IMG/VR virus record: IMGVR_UViG_3300049783_001054
Span: 12,287-76,286 of that record
DNA length: 64,000 nucleotides
From: a virus
Reading direction: 5' to 3' (one strand)
Notes under the pieces: model-generated
What the model saw: the letters and a program-made list of their open reading frames with translations, nothing else
What the model was told of the DNA's origin: nothing
Databases searched by the model: none
Made by a program: the position numbers and the translations under genes
In this document: one piece after another, positions 10,358 through 20,414 of the stretch
Position numbering within the stretch: position 1 is the stretch's first letter
Layout: every line of letters starts with the position of its first letter

Positions 10358-11092
10358 TTAGTCTGAATAATAGGCAACAAGTTCATCAATCACAAGTTGA
10401 GCATCATTATCAATGAATGTCTGCTCATCTGTAAACAAACCAAAAGGAGACCTAATCCTATCACCTACAGTGGCTCTTGTGGTTCGAGTTTGGAATACAT
10501 GTTTATATCCCATATCTCGATCTTTTTCTGTAATAGTTAAAAGTTTGCCTTCTTTGGCATCTCTTTCAATCTCTTTAATAGTAGCTTTCTTGGCTCCAAT
10601 TACAGTTGTAAAGAAAGCTTCAAGACCATTCTTTTTCAGTGCACCTTTAACAGGCACAGTATAAGAATACTTCCCAGAACTTTCATCTAAAACAGCATCA
10701 ATGTGTCCAAGCATAATAGTATAGCCTGTAAACTTTGCTACATAATCATAGATTAGCTTTGGGAAAAACTGACCATAATCACCCCATGCTGCCATAGTAT
10801 TAGCAGAACCAATAACATGTACAGACTCATACCGATTCATCATGAAACTGATGGTATCAACGATGATTGTATGGAATCGTCCGGGGTTAGCAATGACTTG
10901 ATTATAAAGAGCAAAGATCTCTTCAGGGTCATCAATTGTAATTCGTTTGAATTTGTTCTTAAAAGGTAATGGTTTACCTCCTTCACAATTGATGTACAAA
11001 ACTCCTTCTTGTCCTCTAATATTTCGGAGAGAAGAAGATTTGCCTGCACCAGAATCACCACAGATTAGTAATGCTTTTGGGTTTTCAGACAT
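10358..11092 (-). CDS. AAA/Sak4-like ATPase (N4 gp44-like)
   Basis: Walker A GDSGAGKS and Walker B IIVD; likely start MSENPK at 11092. Confidence 0.88.
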   Translation of the reverse strand: MSENPKALLICGDSGAGKSSSLRNIRGQEGVLYINCEGGKPLPFKNKFKRITIDDPEEIFALYNQVIANPGRFHTIIVDTISFMMNRYESVHVIGSANTMAAWGDYGQFFPKLIYDYVAKFTGYTIMLGHIDAVLDESSGKYSYTVPVKGALKKNGLEAFFTTVIGAKKATIKEIERDAKEGKLLTITEKDRDMGYKHVFQTRTTRATVGDRIRSPFGLFTDEQTFIDNDAQLVIDELVAYYSD

Positions 11093-11243
11093 CAGGAACC
11101 TCCGAGAGTTGGAGATTTTTATCTTCTTCTCCAACAAAACAAACAAACTCTTCATTCCTGTTAGAAGTCCATTGAGCTTTGTCTTGGTAAACAAGATACC
11201 AATAGAAGTCGAAATAGATTAAATGTGTAGCTGAATCACCCAT
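11085..11243 (-). CDS. Hypothetical protein (52 aa, not in ORF track)
   Basis: MGDSATHLIYFDFYWYLVY...; AAGGA upstream; stop overlaps the gp44-like start. Confidence 0.5.
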   Translation of the reverse strand: MGDSATHLIYFDFYWYLVYQDKAQWTSNRNEEFVCFVGEEDKNLQLSEVPDV

Positions 11244-11263
11244 AGGTAAATTTCCTTTATAGC

Positions 11264-11434
11264 TTAATTGAGAGATCTAAAGAGGAATCTAACCGACACA
11301 TCCTCTTGTATCCAAAGTTATGGACAGCGTGATAGTTATCTCTTATTTCCCGTACTTCTAGGTGGCCTTGTCACCAATCACGAAGCTGCCTTAGCTAAAT
11401 TTCTCCTCTAAGGTACATCTGGTCTCTCAATTAA
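11264..11434. ncRNA. Candidate multi-stem structured RNA
   Basis: Perfect 12-bp closing stem TTAATTGAGAGA/TCTCTCAATTAA enclosing several internal stems; no ORF. Confidence 0.5.
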
Positions 11435-11437
11435 AGG

Positions 11438-13636
11438 TTAAGTTGCCATCTTACTAGCAACTGATTTCAAGATAGTAGAATCAAGCTCATCCTTTTTAAG
11501 GGGATTTGAGGATTGACTGTTAAGTGTGTGAAGCTTACCTCGAATTACATCAAAGCTTGCTCCTGCATCTTTGAGCATCATTGCAAATTTCAACAAGTTA
11601 TTGTTTCTATTTCCAACATCCATATTATTCAGGAACCATCTTTCAAGATGATCCAATCTACCAAGATCAGCAACAGAGTTAACATACTCACTGTGTTGTT
11701 TGGTTTTAGGAATAAATGGTAAAGCATTTACAAGAGAGGTTCCCTTGTGAATGTTGATCTTACTACCCTCTAAGGTCATCCATTTTTTAGATCTTTGGTT
11801 TGCAGACTCATCAGATTTAAAGGGCAACCAAAGAAGAAAGCTATCCATAAATTCTTTATAATCAGCTTTATCTAATTTAATAATATAGTTAGATGGCATG
11901 ATCAATCTAAATCTATGCTCATCATCTGTATGTCTTTTAGTGGTAGCCGTAATGAATGTATATTCTTTCATCAATTCATGGATAGACTCAAGAGTAATAC
12001 CATGTTTAATAATATTACCGTCTTTATCTCTCTCATGACCGTCTAAATCAGCCACTAAACAGTTAAATCCTTGGATCACATTATCTTCAGATCTATGATC
12101 TTTTTCAAAAGAATGGTTACACCAATGTAATCCAGATGCATTAAGCATTTTTGGTAAATTATCAATAGGCTGTTCAGTAGAAGTGTAGTTAGAAGCAAAA
12201 TTATCAGAGTAGCTAAATTTTAGTTTATTTAAATCAGTCTCTTCAAGTTTTGAACCTGTAAAGAAATCAACACCACTGATTACTTCTTTCTTGATTACAA
12301 CATGATTACCTACACCCCAAGCCATAGCAAGATCCATAATTTCTCGACGTGGTGTTGAAGCTGATGGGTAATATGGGAGGTCTTCAACTAGATCAGCATG
12401 AGTTAATGTGACACCAGTTTCTGCAATGTATTTAGCTAAACGTACAAAATTTCTTTCTCTTTGTAAGAGAGTCTGAAAACTGTTACCACTTTCTTCTGCT
12501 ACTTTAATGGCTTGTCTTAGATTGTTTTTTGTAATTTCAGCAGAATCATCTAAGAAAGCATACACACCTGCTAATTTTAAAGACTTAAAATATCTATGAG
12601 ATAATTCTGCTTTACGAATAATCTCATGTTCTGGCAATGCATTAGCTACAGATTCACAGTGTAAACGGTAAGAGATTAACTCAACACCTACTTCTTTAGG
12701 TACATCAATTTTTTTATCATAAAATCTAGTATCAGCATACTTAGCAAGTTTATTTTTCCAAGAAATTAGTGCATGAGAACGATTTTTGTTAACAAGACTG
12801 TCATACACATCTTCTGGGTTTACATTGGAACTAGTAGATTCAGGTTTACCCATTCCAAAGAAGCACCGTCTAGCCATACCAGCTTCAAGGATACCATAGA
12901 ATTCTTCTTCAGTTTTGGAACCATCAAATAATTTTGAGGTGGTTCCAAACATGAGCATATTAGCTGGAGATGCTCCAACCAAATCAACCCCACGCTCATT
13001 CTCTGCGGTGTTTTTAATGAGTTTGGTTTTGATTCTTCCAAGATCATAAAGCTCTAAGAAGATGTTAAGAATTTCCATGTTACCTTGAATGTTAGACCCA
13101 ATCTCATCCATTTGAAAATTGATTGAGCCTACTCTCGCAAGTTGTAGTTTGTATCTCAACTGTTTTACGGCTGGACCTGTACCAGAGTCAAATGTGAAAT
13201 GGGCATGGCCTTGGCGTTTGAAGTCAGCAATTAATGCTGCTTTCTCTTCGTCTTCATCTCCAGATTTAGCAGCAGCAATGTTCACTGCTAGATCATAAAT
13301 AGAATTTTCTGCAATTGCAGGAAACACAGTACCAGTGAAATTAACTCTGAAATCAGAAATAATATCTTCCATTAAAGACACAGAATGTCCTTTGCCAAAA
13401 CCAGAAGTAGCCAATGCAATAGAGTAGATATTGATTGGGATAATTCCACGTTCTGGACTAACAATCGTAGCTCTCATTGAACTAGGGATTAGACCTAGAA
13501 AGTAAGCAACTTCAGCTTGGAAGAACTCACGGTTGACGTTTCCTGTACGGTGACAGAGTAGATCAACCATATCCGACATCGAAGAATGATGAGTTTGTTT
13601 CTCAATCACACTGAGGTCATAGAATGGCTTTGTCAT
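11438..13636 (-). CDS. DNA primase (N4 gp43-like)
   Basis: 732 aa; ATSGFGKG, DEIGSN and C-terminal PriCT-like GNRNNNLLKFA; N4 synteny. Confidence 0.88.
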   Translation of the reverse strand: MTKPFYDLSVIEKQTHHSSMSDMVDLLCHRTGNVNREFFQAEVAYFLGLIPSSMRATIVSPERGIIPINIYSIALATSGFGKGHSVSLMEDIISDFRVNFTGTVFPAIAENSIYDLAVNIAAAKSGDEDEEKAALIADFKRQGHAHFTFDSGTGPAVKQLRYKLQLARVGSINFQMDEIGSNIQGNMEILNIFLELYDLGRIKTKLIKNTAENERGVDLVGASPANMLMFGTTSKLFDGSKTEEEFYGILEAGMARRCFFGMGKPESTSSNVNPEDVYDSLVNKNRSHALISWKNKLAKYADTRFYDKKIDVPKEVGVELISYRLHCESVANALPEHEIIRKAELSHRYFKSLKLAGVYAFLDDSAEITKNNLRQAIKVAEESGNSFQTLLQRERNFVRLAKYIAETGVTLTHADLVEDLPYYPSASTPRREIMDLAMAWGVGNHVVIKKEVISGVDFFTGSKLEETDLNKLKFSYSDNFASNYTSTEQPIDNLPKMLNASGLHWCNHSFEKDHRSEDNVIQGFNCLVADLDGHERDKDGNIIKHGITLESIHELMKEYTFITATTKRHTDDEHRFRLIMPSNYIIKLDKADYKEFMDSFLLWLPFKSDESANQRSKKWMTLEGSKINIHKGTSLVNALPFIPKTKQHSEYVNSVADLGRLDHLERWFLNNMDVGNRNNNLLKFAMMLKDAGASFDVIRGKLHTLNSQSSNPLKKDELDSTILKSVASKMAT

Positions 13637-13648
13637 TTAAATTTCCTT

Positions 13649-14650
13649 TTAGACTCGACTTCCGTCATCATTAAAATAGTTTTTTCGTTGATCGCAAACC
13701 GAAAAAGCGGCGCAATAAGTACATGCTTTGACCTCACCGGGAACTTTTACAACAACTCCTTTTCCTTTTTGTTTAAGGTGAAGTTGTGCATCAGCTTCAT
13801 TGGTTTCAAAGTTCTTTTGGCACCTACCACCTGCGGCAGCAGTTGCTGGATTTGAGTAATACTTAAAAGCATCTTCGGATCTCCAAAGCTCTTTATTAGT
13901 ACATTGAACCATTTTATCTTGGGTAAGTTTGGCATTGGATAAAATATGATCAACCTTACCATTTACCCAATCTTCTGTCTCAGAAAGAGATAGCAAAGCA
14001 AACTCTTTGTGTGGAGTTCTGATCTGAGGGTATCTTGGGTCAGCAGTCCTGTATTTAACCCAATCTGTAAAGATAAATTGGATTTTCATCATATCATCCC
14101 TGATTAGATCAGGCATAATCCAACGATACATAGATCCCTGTAAAACATAATCTTCATCTTTGTTTCCCGAAGTCCAAGAAAAAGTAGATGTAGATTTAAA
14201 GTCTCGGTAAGATTGGCCAATTAGAAAATCAAGCTGACCAGTAACTACTAAATCTCTAAATTGTTTAAAGCCTCTAATCTCAAGATAGATTGGAATTTCA
14301 TCATCTTTGAGAGTTTTAGGATCAGGATTAATTCTAATCTTTTTGATGATTCTTTCAGGGTAATGAAGCTTCCTCATAGAAGCTTTCCAATTTCCTTGGG
14401 TCCAAGCACGCTCAATAGAGTCGTGTAGCCCATGTCCCATTCGAGACGCAATCATATCAGAAAGATCATACTCCTCCTGAGTCTGGTCTACCTGACGTTT
14501 GAGGATAAGCTGACGAGTTGGCTTCATAAGTGTGGTTACAGAGATAAGCTCACCCGGAGGTGCATCACTAGCTCCTGATTTGTAACCATCCTGAAGTAGC
14601 CAAACAGCTAAAGGTAAGTCAATATTATGGTTGTTTGTAATTTTTACCAT
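13649..14650 (-). CDS. PD-(D/E)XK Cas4-like exonuclease (N4 gp42-like)
   Basis: GQLD...DFKST nuclease motif and C-terminal CxxC...C cluster. Confidence 0.85.
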   Translation of the reverse strand: MVKITNNHNIDLPLAVWLLQDGYKSGASDAPPGELISVTTLMKPTRQLILKRQVDQTQEEYDLSDMIASRMGHGLHDSIERAWTQGNWKASMRKLHYPERIIKKIRINPDPKTLKDDEIPIYLEIRGFKQFRDLVVTGQLDFLIGQSYRDFKSTSTFSWTSGNKDEDYVLQGSMYRWIMPDLIRDDMMKIQFIFTDWVKYRTADPRYPQIRTPHKEFALLSLSETEDWVNGKVDHILSNAKLTQDKMVQCTNKELWRSEDAFKYYSNPATAAAGGRCQKNFETNEADAQLHLKQKGKGVVVKVPGEVKACTYCAAFSVCDQRKNYFNDDGSRV

Positions 14651-14820
14651 TACTCTTCCTCAACAGAAGCATTACAGTAAGTAATTATATCAATAGGTAC
14701 ATAAAAATTTTCATTTTCCCATTTAAAAATAAAAACACCTTCAGTAATGTTCATATTTTTGTACCCTCTTATTACTTCGTGAGTTCCATCACGATATTTA
14801 ATTTCAGCTATGTTTATCAT
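14650..14820 (-). CDS. Hypothetical protein (56 aa, not in ORF track)
   Basis: MINIAEIKYRDGTHEVI...; TAATG overlap with the exonuclease start. Confidence 0.55.
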   Translation of the reverse strand: MINIAEIKYRDGTHEVIRGYKNMNITEGVFIFKWENENFYVPIDIITYCNASVEEE

Positions 14821-15118
14821 TTAGTATCCTATCGTTGTTATGAGTTATAGCATTTAAGTATGCTATTAGATCTGATTTATTTGAATTTATTGCAGCATGA
14901 TCTACTACAATTAAAACTTTAGTATTGAATCTTGGTATGTCATCTCTATTTGAAGAAGCAAAATTAAGAAAAGCTTTTTTGTAATAAATTCTATTAGTTT
15001 TATAAGATAAATCGTTATATCTATATAAACTTAACATAAGTTTTAAACAATATTCAGTATTGTTTATATCTCTACAAAGATAACAACAATTTATACCATT
15101 TTTTATAAAATTATGCAT
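14804..15118 (-). CDS. Hypothetical protein, very AT-rich
   Basis: 104 aa ORF coupled to the polymerase C-fragment stop. Confidence 0.5.
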   Translation of the reverse strand: MHNFIKNGINCCYLCRDINNTEYCLKLMLSLYRYNDLSYKTNRIYYKKAFLNFASSNRDDIPRFNTKVLIVVDHAAINSNKSDLIAYLNAITHNNDRILNDKHS

Positions 15119-15891
15119 TAATAGATGTAATTGATTAGTAGTTTTCTTGTTGCTAACTTCTCTAAATGTTTAGCAATTTTATTTTTAACATCTTCAACAG
15201 ATGCATTATTTGGGATTGTCATTTCTTTACTCCAATCAGGATAAAAGACAGATAATTCACCACTCATTTTAATGTACTTGTTTTGTATGGCAGGGTCTTC
15301 TTGCCAGCTTACAGCTTTAACCATGTATTTATTAGTGTAGAGTAGTACATCCATATCATCTTTAATTAGCATGTACCCAGCATCATGGATTTGAGCACAG
15401 GGTTTGATACTTAATCTATGTGGCCCACTACGGACCTCAGCTAAGAACTCAGAGCCTGCCCTTGAGTTTAACATGCAGTAGGACTGCCCAAGAGCATTAC
15501 CCGCTGTACGGCCTTCTGCTGCTGCCTCATAAGGTGTCTTACTTGTTCCTAATACCACTTGGTTCAAGAGTGGGGTTCTAAGCCTAAGTCCAAATGCAAG
15601 AGTGACGTAGCCATCTTTACAAGCTTGCTCTAGCTTATCTGCAACCCACTTATCTGAAACATGATAAAGTTTATGATAGCTGGCTTCAATAGACTTAGCC
15701 AACTCTAAAGTGAATCCACAGTTTACCATCAAAGTTGCAAACGTACCTTGGTAGGTTAAAGCAAAAGTAGGAGCTTTCGATTCTTGACGCCAATGAGGGT
15801 ACAAATATCTAATGGAATTCACCCTCGAAACATTATGCTCCGAGGGTGAAACTATGGAAATATTATCAATATTTCCATGTAAGTTAAGCAC
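15118..15891 (-). CDS. Family A DNA polymerase, C-terminal fragment
   Basis: Motif B RQESKAPTFALTYQG and motif C QIHDA. Confidence 0.93.
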   Translation of the reverse strand: MLNLHGNIDNISIVSPSEHNVSRVNSIRYLYPHWRQESKAPTFALTYQGTFATLMVNCGFTLELAKSIEASYHKLYHVSDKWVADKLEQACKDGYVTLAFGLRLRTPLLNQVVLGTSKTPYEAAAEGRTAGNALGQSYCMLNSRAGSEFLAEVRSGPHRLSIKPCAQIHDAGYMLIKDDMDVLLYTNKYMVKAVSWQEDPAIQNKYIKMSGELSVFYPDWSKEMTIPNNASVEDVKNKIAKHLEKLATRKLLINYIY

Positions 15892-16402
15892 GAGGTGAAA
15901 TACCCCAATCTTCTGCTAACATATCAGTTTGTGAAGCTAACCAACCAATGACAATTGATCCATCTGCTGCACGCATATCAATGTGTGGTAAAATATTAAG
16001 AGTTTTTACACCTTCGTTTGCACGACCTTTAGCTACACCAGATCTAGCTAAATTAGATCTAATAGTTGAACCTTCTTGTAAAGCGATCCACATATTTTTA
16101 CCGTTCCATCCTGATCTTGAAACATGGTATCCTTTCTTCAAAAAATACAAAGCATGTCCAAAGTCAAACTCTCCGTGAGATCGGTAAGCTTCTTCAAATT
16201 GAGATTTTGGAGACCAGCTAATATAACCAGAATGATTAGAGTGGTTGCTTTTACCATCTGGGTATTCAACTAAGTAACCTTCATCCTTTCCCTCTTCATC
16301 AGAAGGTACAACCCAACCACGATAGAAATTGTAATTTTCTCTATCCATTGGAGTAGCTAAAAGACTCTTAGTACCAATATAGTGTTTCATTTTTATTCTC
16401 AT
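15884..16402 (-). CDS. DUF2829/Tad2-like protein fused to an N-terminal 'YIGTK' domain
   Basis: C-half FDFGHALYFLKKGYHVSRSGWNGKNMW...WLASQTDMLAEDW matches the DUF2829 pattern. Confidence 0.8.
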   Translation of the reverse strand: MRIKMKHYIGTKSLLATPMDRENYNFYRGWVVPSDEEGKDEGYLVEYPDGKSNHSNHSGYISWSPKSQFEEAYRSHGEFDFGHALYFLKKGYHVSRSGWNGKNMWIALQEGSTIRSNLARSGVAKGRANEGVKTLNILPHIDMRAADGSIVIGWLASQTDMLAEDWGISPRA

Positions 16403-18480
16403 TTGTTTATTAAGGCAAACAACTCTTTACCGAGTAGTTCTTGACCATTGTAGTTGATTATCTCTTCACTGTGAAAGTATATGTTTTTATTATTAATTGA
16501 AGCACTATATGCAACAGCATTATAAGGTAACATTTCAATATCTGGCATATGCTCTTTAAAGTAAGCTAAAGCTCTAAGACAATGACCATCAAAACCATCA
16601 GAATAGACTTTGATTTTTTCTGGATCATTGGTTGTGACTGCTGAGATTTTATCCTCTAAAGAATCAAAATCCAACCCTACAAACAACCATCCGGGAGGAG
16701 CCTCAAAACACTCCTTAATCATTTTTGCTAGTCTTCTTTTTGCTTTAGTAGAACCAGCAGAAGGAATGTTTTGTAAATTAGGTCCATTGCTTGAGAGTCT
16801 TCCTGAAGCTGTTCCACCTAATCTGAAATTACCAAATAGATAATACCAACCATCTTTTCCTTTTTTTGCCTTTAGAAATGCAGGTAGAAAAGTAGAAAGA
16901 ATAATAGCACTTGCTTTGTATTCAATTAGTAATTCTAAGAATCGTACAGCTTCTGGATCTTTAGTGTGCATGATTAACTTTTCAAGTGTATCAGCACCTG
17001 TAGCTGGTTGTTTTGTATCGGTGTAATCTAATACAGGCAAACCAAGAAAATCTTCATCATATAAAAATCTTTGTAATTGTTTAGGTGATCCCGGATTAAA
17101 CTCTACAACAGTATCTTTTGTTAATCCTAAATCTGCTTTAGTAATCTGCTTTGTTTTTAGTTTAGCATTCTTTTCTGTGACTTTTTCATCTTTTAGGTAA
17201 TCAATAAAGGTCCAAACAATCTGAAGGCTGTTCATTTTGTTTAGATTTTCTTCACTTTCTACTCTTAGAGTCTTATAAAGTTCTATTACTTTTTCCATAT
17301 TCAAAGGCATACCAGTAAGTTGCATTTGAATAATGTCAATCACAGCAGGTTTGAACAAAGTTTGATAAGGTATATTTTGATTCTGGGCCATCATAATCGG
17401 GTAGTTTTTATTATATACATACCACGTAGATAGACCATCAATCAGGTTATACTTTAGCAACTTGTCTAATGGGATTTTACTAATATCTTTGATATCTTCA
17501 ACCGCATAATTTCCTGCAAATTCTTGAGCTTGTAATTTTAAACCAAGCTCATTACCTGCACAACTGTTTGTAGCAAGATAGCTAATAATTTGCGTACAGT
17601 CCCAATTTTTAAGCATTACATCTAGACCTTCAAGAAGTCCTTCTTGATCTAGAATGTCTTCCATAAATAACTGATAAACCATTACATAAACATCAAAGCA
17701 GATGTTGTGGTAAAGCATCTTATGTTTGAAAGCTTTAAAGAAGTTTTTTAAATGTTCTTTCATTTTTGGATTTGAATACTTAAATCCAACTCGATCATTT
17801 TTTCCAGTTGAATCTACATGGTACTCAACAGGAAAAGCAATACCTTCATTTTCATTCCAGCAAAATGTAATTGTACCAATTCCAGAGTCATAATGTTTCA
17901 AACTGAAACCTTCAATGTCACAAGATAGGTCACAATTCATATCTAACAAACGATCTAACCAAACAAGAATGTTTGCATAGTCTTTAGGGTATTCAGAAAA
18001 CTTGATAATGTTTTTACCAACTACTGTAGTATTTCCAATTGCCCATCTACAGGTAGCCTCAAATGCCATCTTAATCTTTGGTTTAATCTTATCTGGGTCG
18101 TAAAATATACGTGAGTAATTTGGGCAGTAAGTCACCGAGAAGTCAGGATCATAATCTGAAACAATAATGTCCCCAATGGTGGCATCTGTTTTTGCTTTTT
18201 TGGTTAAAACTTTAAAATACTCTGGATGAGTTACAACCAACATCTTAATCCCTTCTGCCTTTAAGTTTGGCAGAAGGTCATCAAGATATTCTTTCATATC
18301 AGATACAGTGTTTTTCTTTTTTGTTTGATCTATAAATAGATCAGCGATCATTGCATTCTCACCCAATGCTAAGAGGTGAGGTTGGTAGTAATGTTTTTGC
18401 ACCTCCGCTGTCTGGATACGTGGAACCAAGATAGCAATTCTTGGTTCCTTTATAGAGTCTCCAATGATCTCATACTTCAT
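16399..18480 (-). CDS. Family A DNA polymerase, N-terminal fragment (3'-5' exonuclease and motif A)
   Basis: Exo motifs DIE, HNICFD and YNLID; GRLSSNGPNLQN; motif A GLDFDSLE. Confidence 0.94.
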   Translation of the reverse strand: MKYEIIGDSIKEPRIAILVPRIQTAEVQKHYYQPHLLALGENAMIADLFIDQTKKKNTVSDMKEYLDDLLPNLKAEGIKMLVVTHPEYFKVLTKKAKTDATIGDIIVSDYDPDFSVTYCPNYSRIFYDPDKIKPKIKMAFEATCRWAIGNTTVVGKNIIKFSEYPKDYANILVWLDRLLDMNCDLSCDIEGFSLKHYDSGIGTITFCWNENEGIAFPVEYHVDSTGKNDRVGFKYSNPKMKEHLKNFFKAFKHKMLYHNICFDVYVMVYQLFMEDILDQEGLLEGLDVMLKNWDCTQIISYLATNSCAGNELGLKLQAQEFAGNYAVEDIKDISKIPLDKLLKYNLIDGLSTWYVYNKNYPIMMAQNQNIPYQTLFKPAVIDIIQMQLTGMPLNMEKVIELYKTLRVESEENLNKMNSLQIVWTFIDYLKDEKVTEKNAKLKTKQITKADLGLTKDTVVEFNPGSPKQLQRFLYDEDFLGLPVLDYTDTKQPATGADTLEKLIMHTKDPEAVRFLELLIEYKASAIILSTFLPAFLKAKKGKDGWYYLFGNFRLGGTASGRLSSNGPNLQNIPSAGSTKAKRRLAKMIKECFEAPPGWLFVGLDFDSLEDKISAVTTNDPEKIKVYSDGFDGHCLRALAYFKEHMPDIEMLPYNAVAYSASINNKNIYFHSEEIINYNGQELLGKELFALINK

Positions 18481-18944
18481 ACTTCAACTTCTCCTTCAAC
18501 TGGATCATTCTTTTTAAAGTAATCCCAGTGACACCCTTCTGGTCCTTGATGGGCTTCTTTTCCTACACCTGTAATTGTTGATCTTTTAAACCACCAAGCA
18601 CCACTTGCAGATTTAAAAGCTGCACCAATTTTTAGCTCTCCAAAAGTAGTTTTTTTAGTTTCATATTTTAAATTTTTAAGCATAGACTCAACAACCTCAT
18701 GAATTTCACCTCCACCATTGTACCAAAGAGCAACAAAACGATTTTGCTCAGAAGGTTCAATACGAAGAGTGAAGCCATAAACTTCAATTTTTTCTAACTC
18801 TTTAAAAGCATAAAGTTGATTTTTGACTTTTACAAATTGAAAGCCAAGTTTCTTTTCAAGATCATAAAATTCATCTGTATCTTCTGGTTCAATGTTAAGA
18901 TCAGACTTAACATAGTAACCATAAAAAACTTCCATATTACTCAT
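18477..18944 (-). CDS. Hypothetical protein
   Basis: ORF coupled between helicase and polymerase; likely start MSNMEV. Confidence 0.65.
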   Translation of the reverse strand: MSNMEVFYGYYVKSDLNIEPEDTDEFYDLEKKLGFQFVKVKNQLYAFKELEKIEVYGFTLRIEPSEQNRFVALWYNGGGEIHEVVESMLKNLKYETKKTTFGELKIGAAFKSASGAWWFKRSTITGVGKEAHQGPEGCHWDYFKKNDPVEGEVEV

Positions 18945-19128
18945 TTGTAACTTTCCAATTGAATATTTCATGCTCAATACAAGCACTTAATAGTACTAAC
19001 ACAAAAGCAATTAATAATGTCCACACTCCAAAAATAGGAGTTAAGCTATTAAAGCAAACACTTAAAATAAGTAAACTAGCTATGTTTATAGAAGGTTTAA
19101 AAACCCAAGATAGAAATTTTTTAAACAT
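18937..19128 (-). CDS. Small two-TM membrane protein
   Basis: 63 aa, hydrophobic, overlaps both neighbours. Confidence 0.6.
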   Translation of the reverse strand: MFKKFLSWVFKPSINIASLLILSVCFNSLTPIFGVWTLLIAFVLVLLSACIEHEIFNWKVTNE

Positions 19129-20392
19129 GGAAATACCTTTCAGGTAATTCTCCTCTAATGTAGAGGCGAGTTCGTGGACGGGATAATGCTACATACTGTA
19201 GACGAGCTGTTTGCTCTTTGTTGGTAGATTTACCAATGTCAGCTAGATCCACCACTACAGAGTCATAAGTAGACCCCTGAGCTTTGTGTGTAGTGGAGGC
19301 ACTGACAGACCTAAGATCAGGATATCCATTCTTAATTTTAAAGTATCTGTCCCATTTTTTACTGTCAGAATAAAACTTTAAAACTAAGCTACGATCATCA
19401 CTATCTGAAAATACAGTTACTGTGTACCTAGCCTTAGTGGATACATCTTCAACTTCTAAATCTATCATAGTTATTTCTTCACCAGAAATGATAGAAGTAT
19501 TTATATAACTGTCTGTAGTGTTAATAACTTTAATAACTTGATCTGTGTACAGTCTTGTTTTACCAATAAGTTCTACCATAGAATTGTTAGATAAAATTTC
19601 ACCAATTTCATATGGTTTAGAGTACCCTCTAATTTGTCTTATGTGTTTATTGTAATCTATTACACGTTTATTTGTGTAAGATAAGATTCGTTTAAGAGGG
19701 TCTTCTTTTGTAAATTCAGTTTCTAAAATTTTTTTAAGTTGTTTACCATCAACAAAATCAATAACACCCGGAACTTCTTTAATCTTAGTAAACACATTGG
19801 TTATAACTGTTTGTTTAGCTTGTTCACATAGATCCATTAAAGCTTGTTGACCAGCATTCCTAACAGAAGTGTTTAAATTACCTGTCTTCATAGCATAGCT
19901 GTAAATAGGAGAGATTGTTTCTTTGACGGGAGCTAACTGGTTTTTATCTCCTACAAATAAAACCTTACAAGTAGAATCTAAGCCTTTAAGGATATATCTA
20001 AATAAGTCAGAATTTATCATAGAACACTCATCTACAATAAGAAAAATGCCAGAGTGTACTTCCCAATTGGGAGTTGGAACAATCTTAACTGTTCCAGTAG
20101 AAAAGTTTTCAGATACTCTAAGATTCATGTATGAATATACAGTACCAATCTCATCTGCCATATGAGGCATAGCCTCTGTAATAACTGCTGCTGCCTTATT
20201 TGTAGTGGCTGTAACGGCAACAGTATGCATTGTTTTTTTAATTTGATGTTTTAGAATACCACCTGCGATCTTAGAGATAAGATAAGTCTTACCTGTACCA
20301 GCACCGCCTGATACATCCATGAATTGATCAGGCCCATTAATGAACTCAATAACTTCCATGAACACATTTTGTTGGTCTTTATTGAGTGTCAT
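19121..20392 (-). CDS. SF1 Dda/RecD-like DNA helicase (N4 gp37-like)
   Basis: GGAGTGKT, DECSM, GDKNQL, HKAQGS and YVALSR motifs; start MTLNKDQ. Confidence 0.93.
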   Translation of the reverse strand: MTLNKDQQNVFMEVIEFINGPDQFMDVSGGAGTGKTYLISKIAGGILKHQIKKTMHTVAVTATTNKAAAVITEAMPHMADEIGTVYSYMNLRVSENFSTGTVKIVPTPNWEVHSGIFLIVDECSMINSDLFRYILKGLDSTCKVLFVGDKNQLAPVKETISPIYSYAMKTGNLNTSVRNAGQQALMDLCEQAKQTVITNVFTKIKEVPGVIDFVDGKQLKKILETEFTKEDPLKRILSYTNKRVIDYNKHIRQIRGYSKPYEIGEILSNNSMVELIGKTRLYTDQVIKVINTTDSYINTSIISGEEITMIDLEVEDVSTKARYTVTVFSDSDDRSLVLKFYSDSKKWDRYFKIKNGYPDLRSVSASTTHKAQGSTYDSVVVDLADIGKSTNKEQTARLQYVALSRPRTRLYIRGELPERYFHV

Positions 20393-20414
20393 GTTTTGTA
20401 TATTCCTTGGTTTT

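Noticed and set aside
13649-14650. Cas4-like nuclease as a sign of a CRISPR system
   Set aside because: It is a core N4-like replication-module gene, with no other cas genes or array in the window.
15884-16402. Intron or intein explanation for the split polymerase
   Set aside because: The insert is fully coding and overlaps both fragments; no splice-junction residues or endonuclease motifs are visible.
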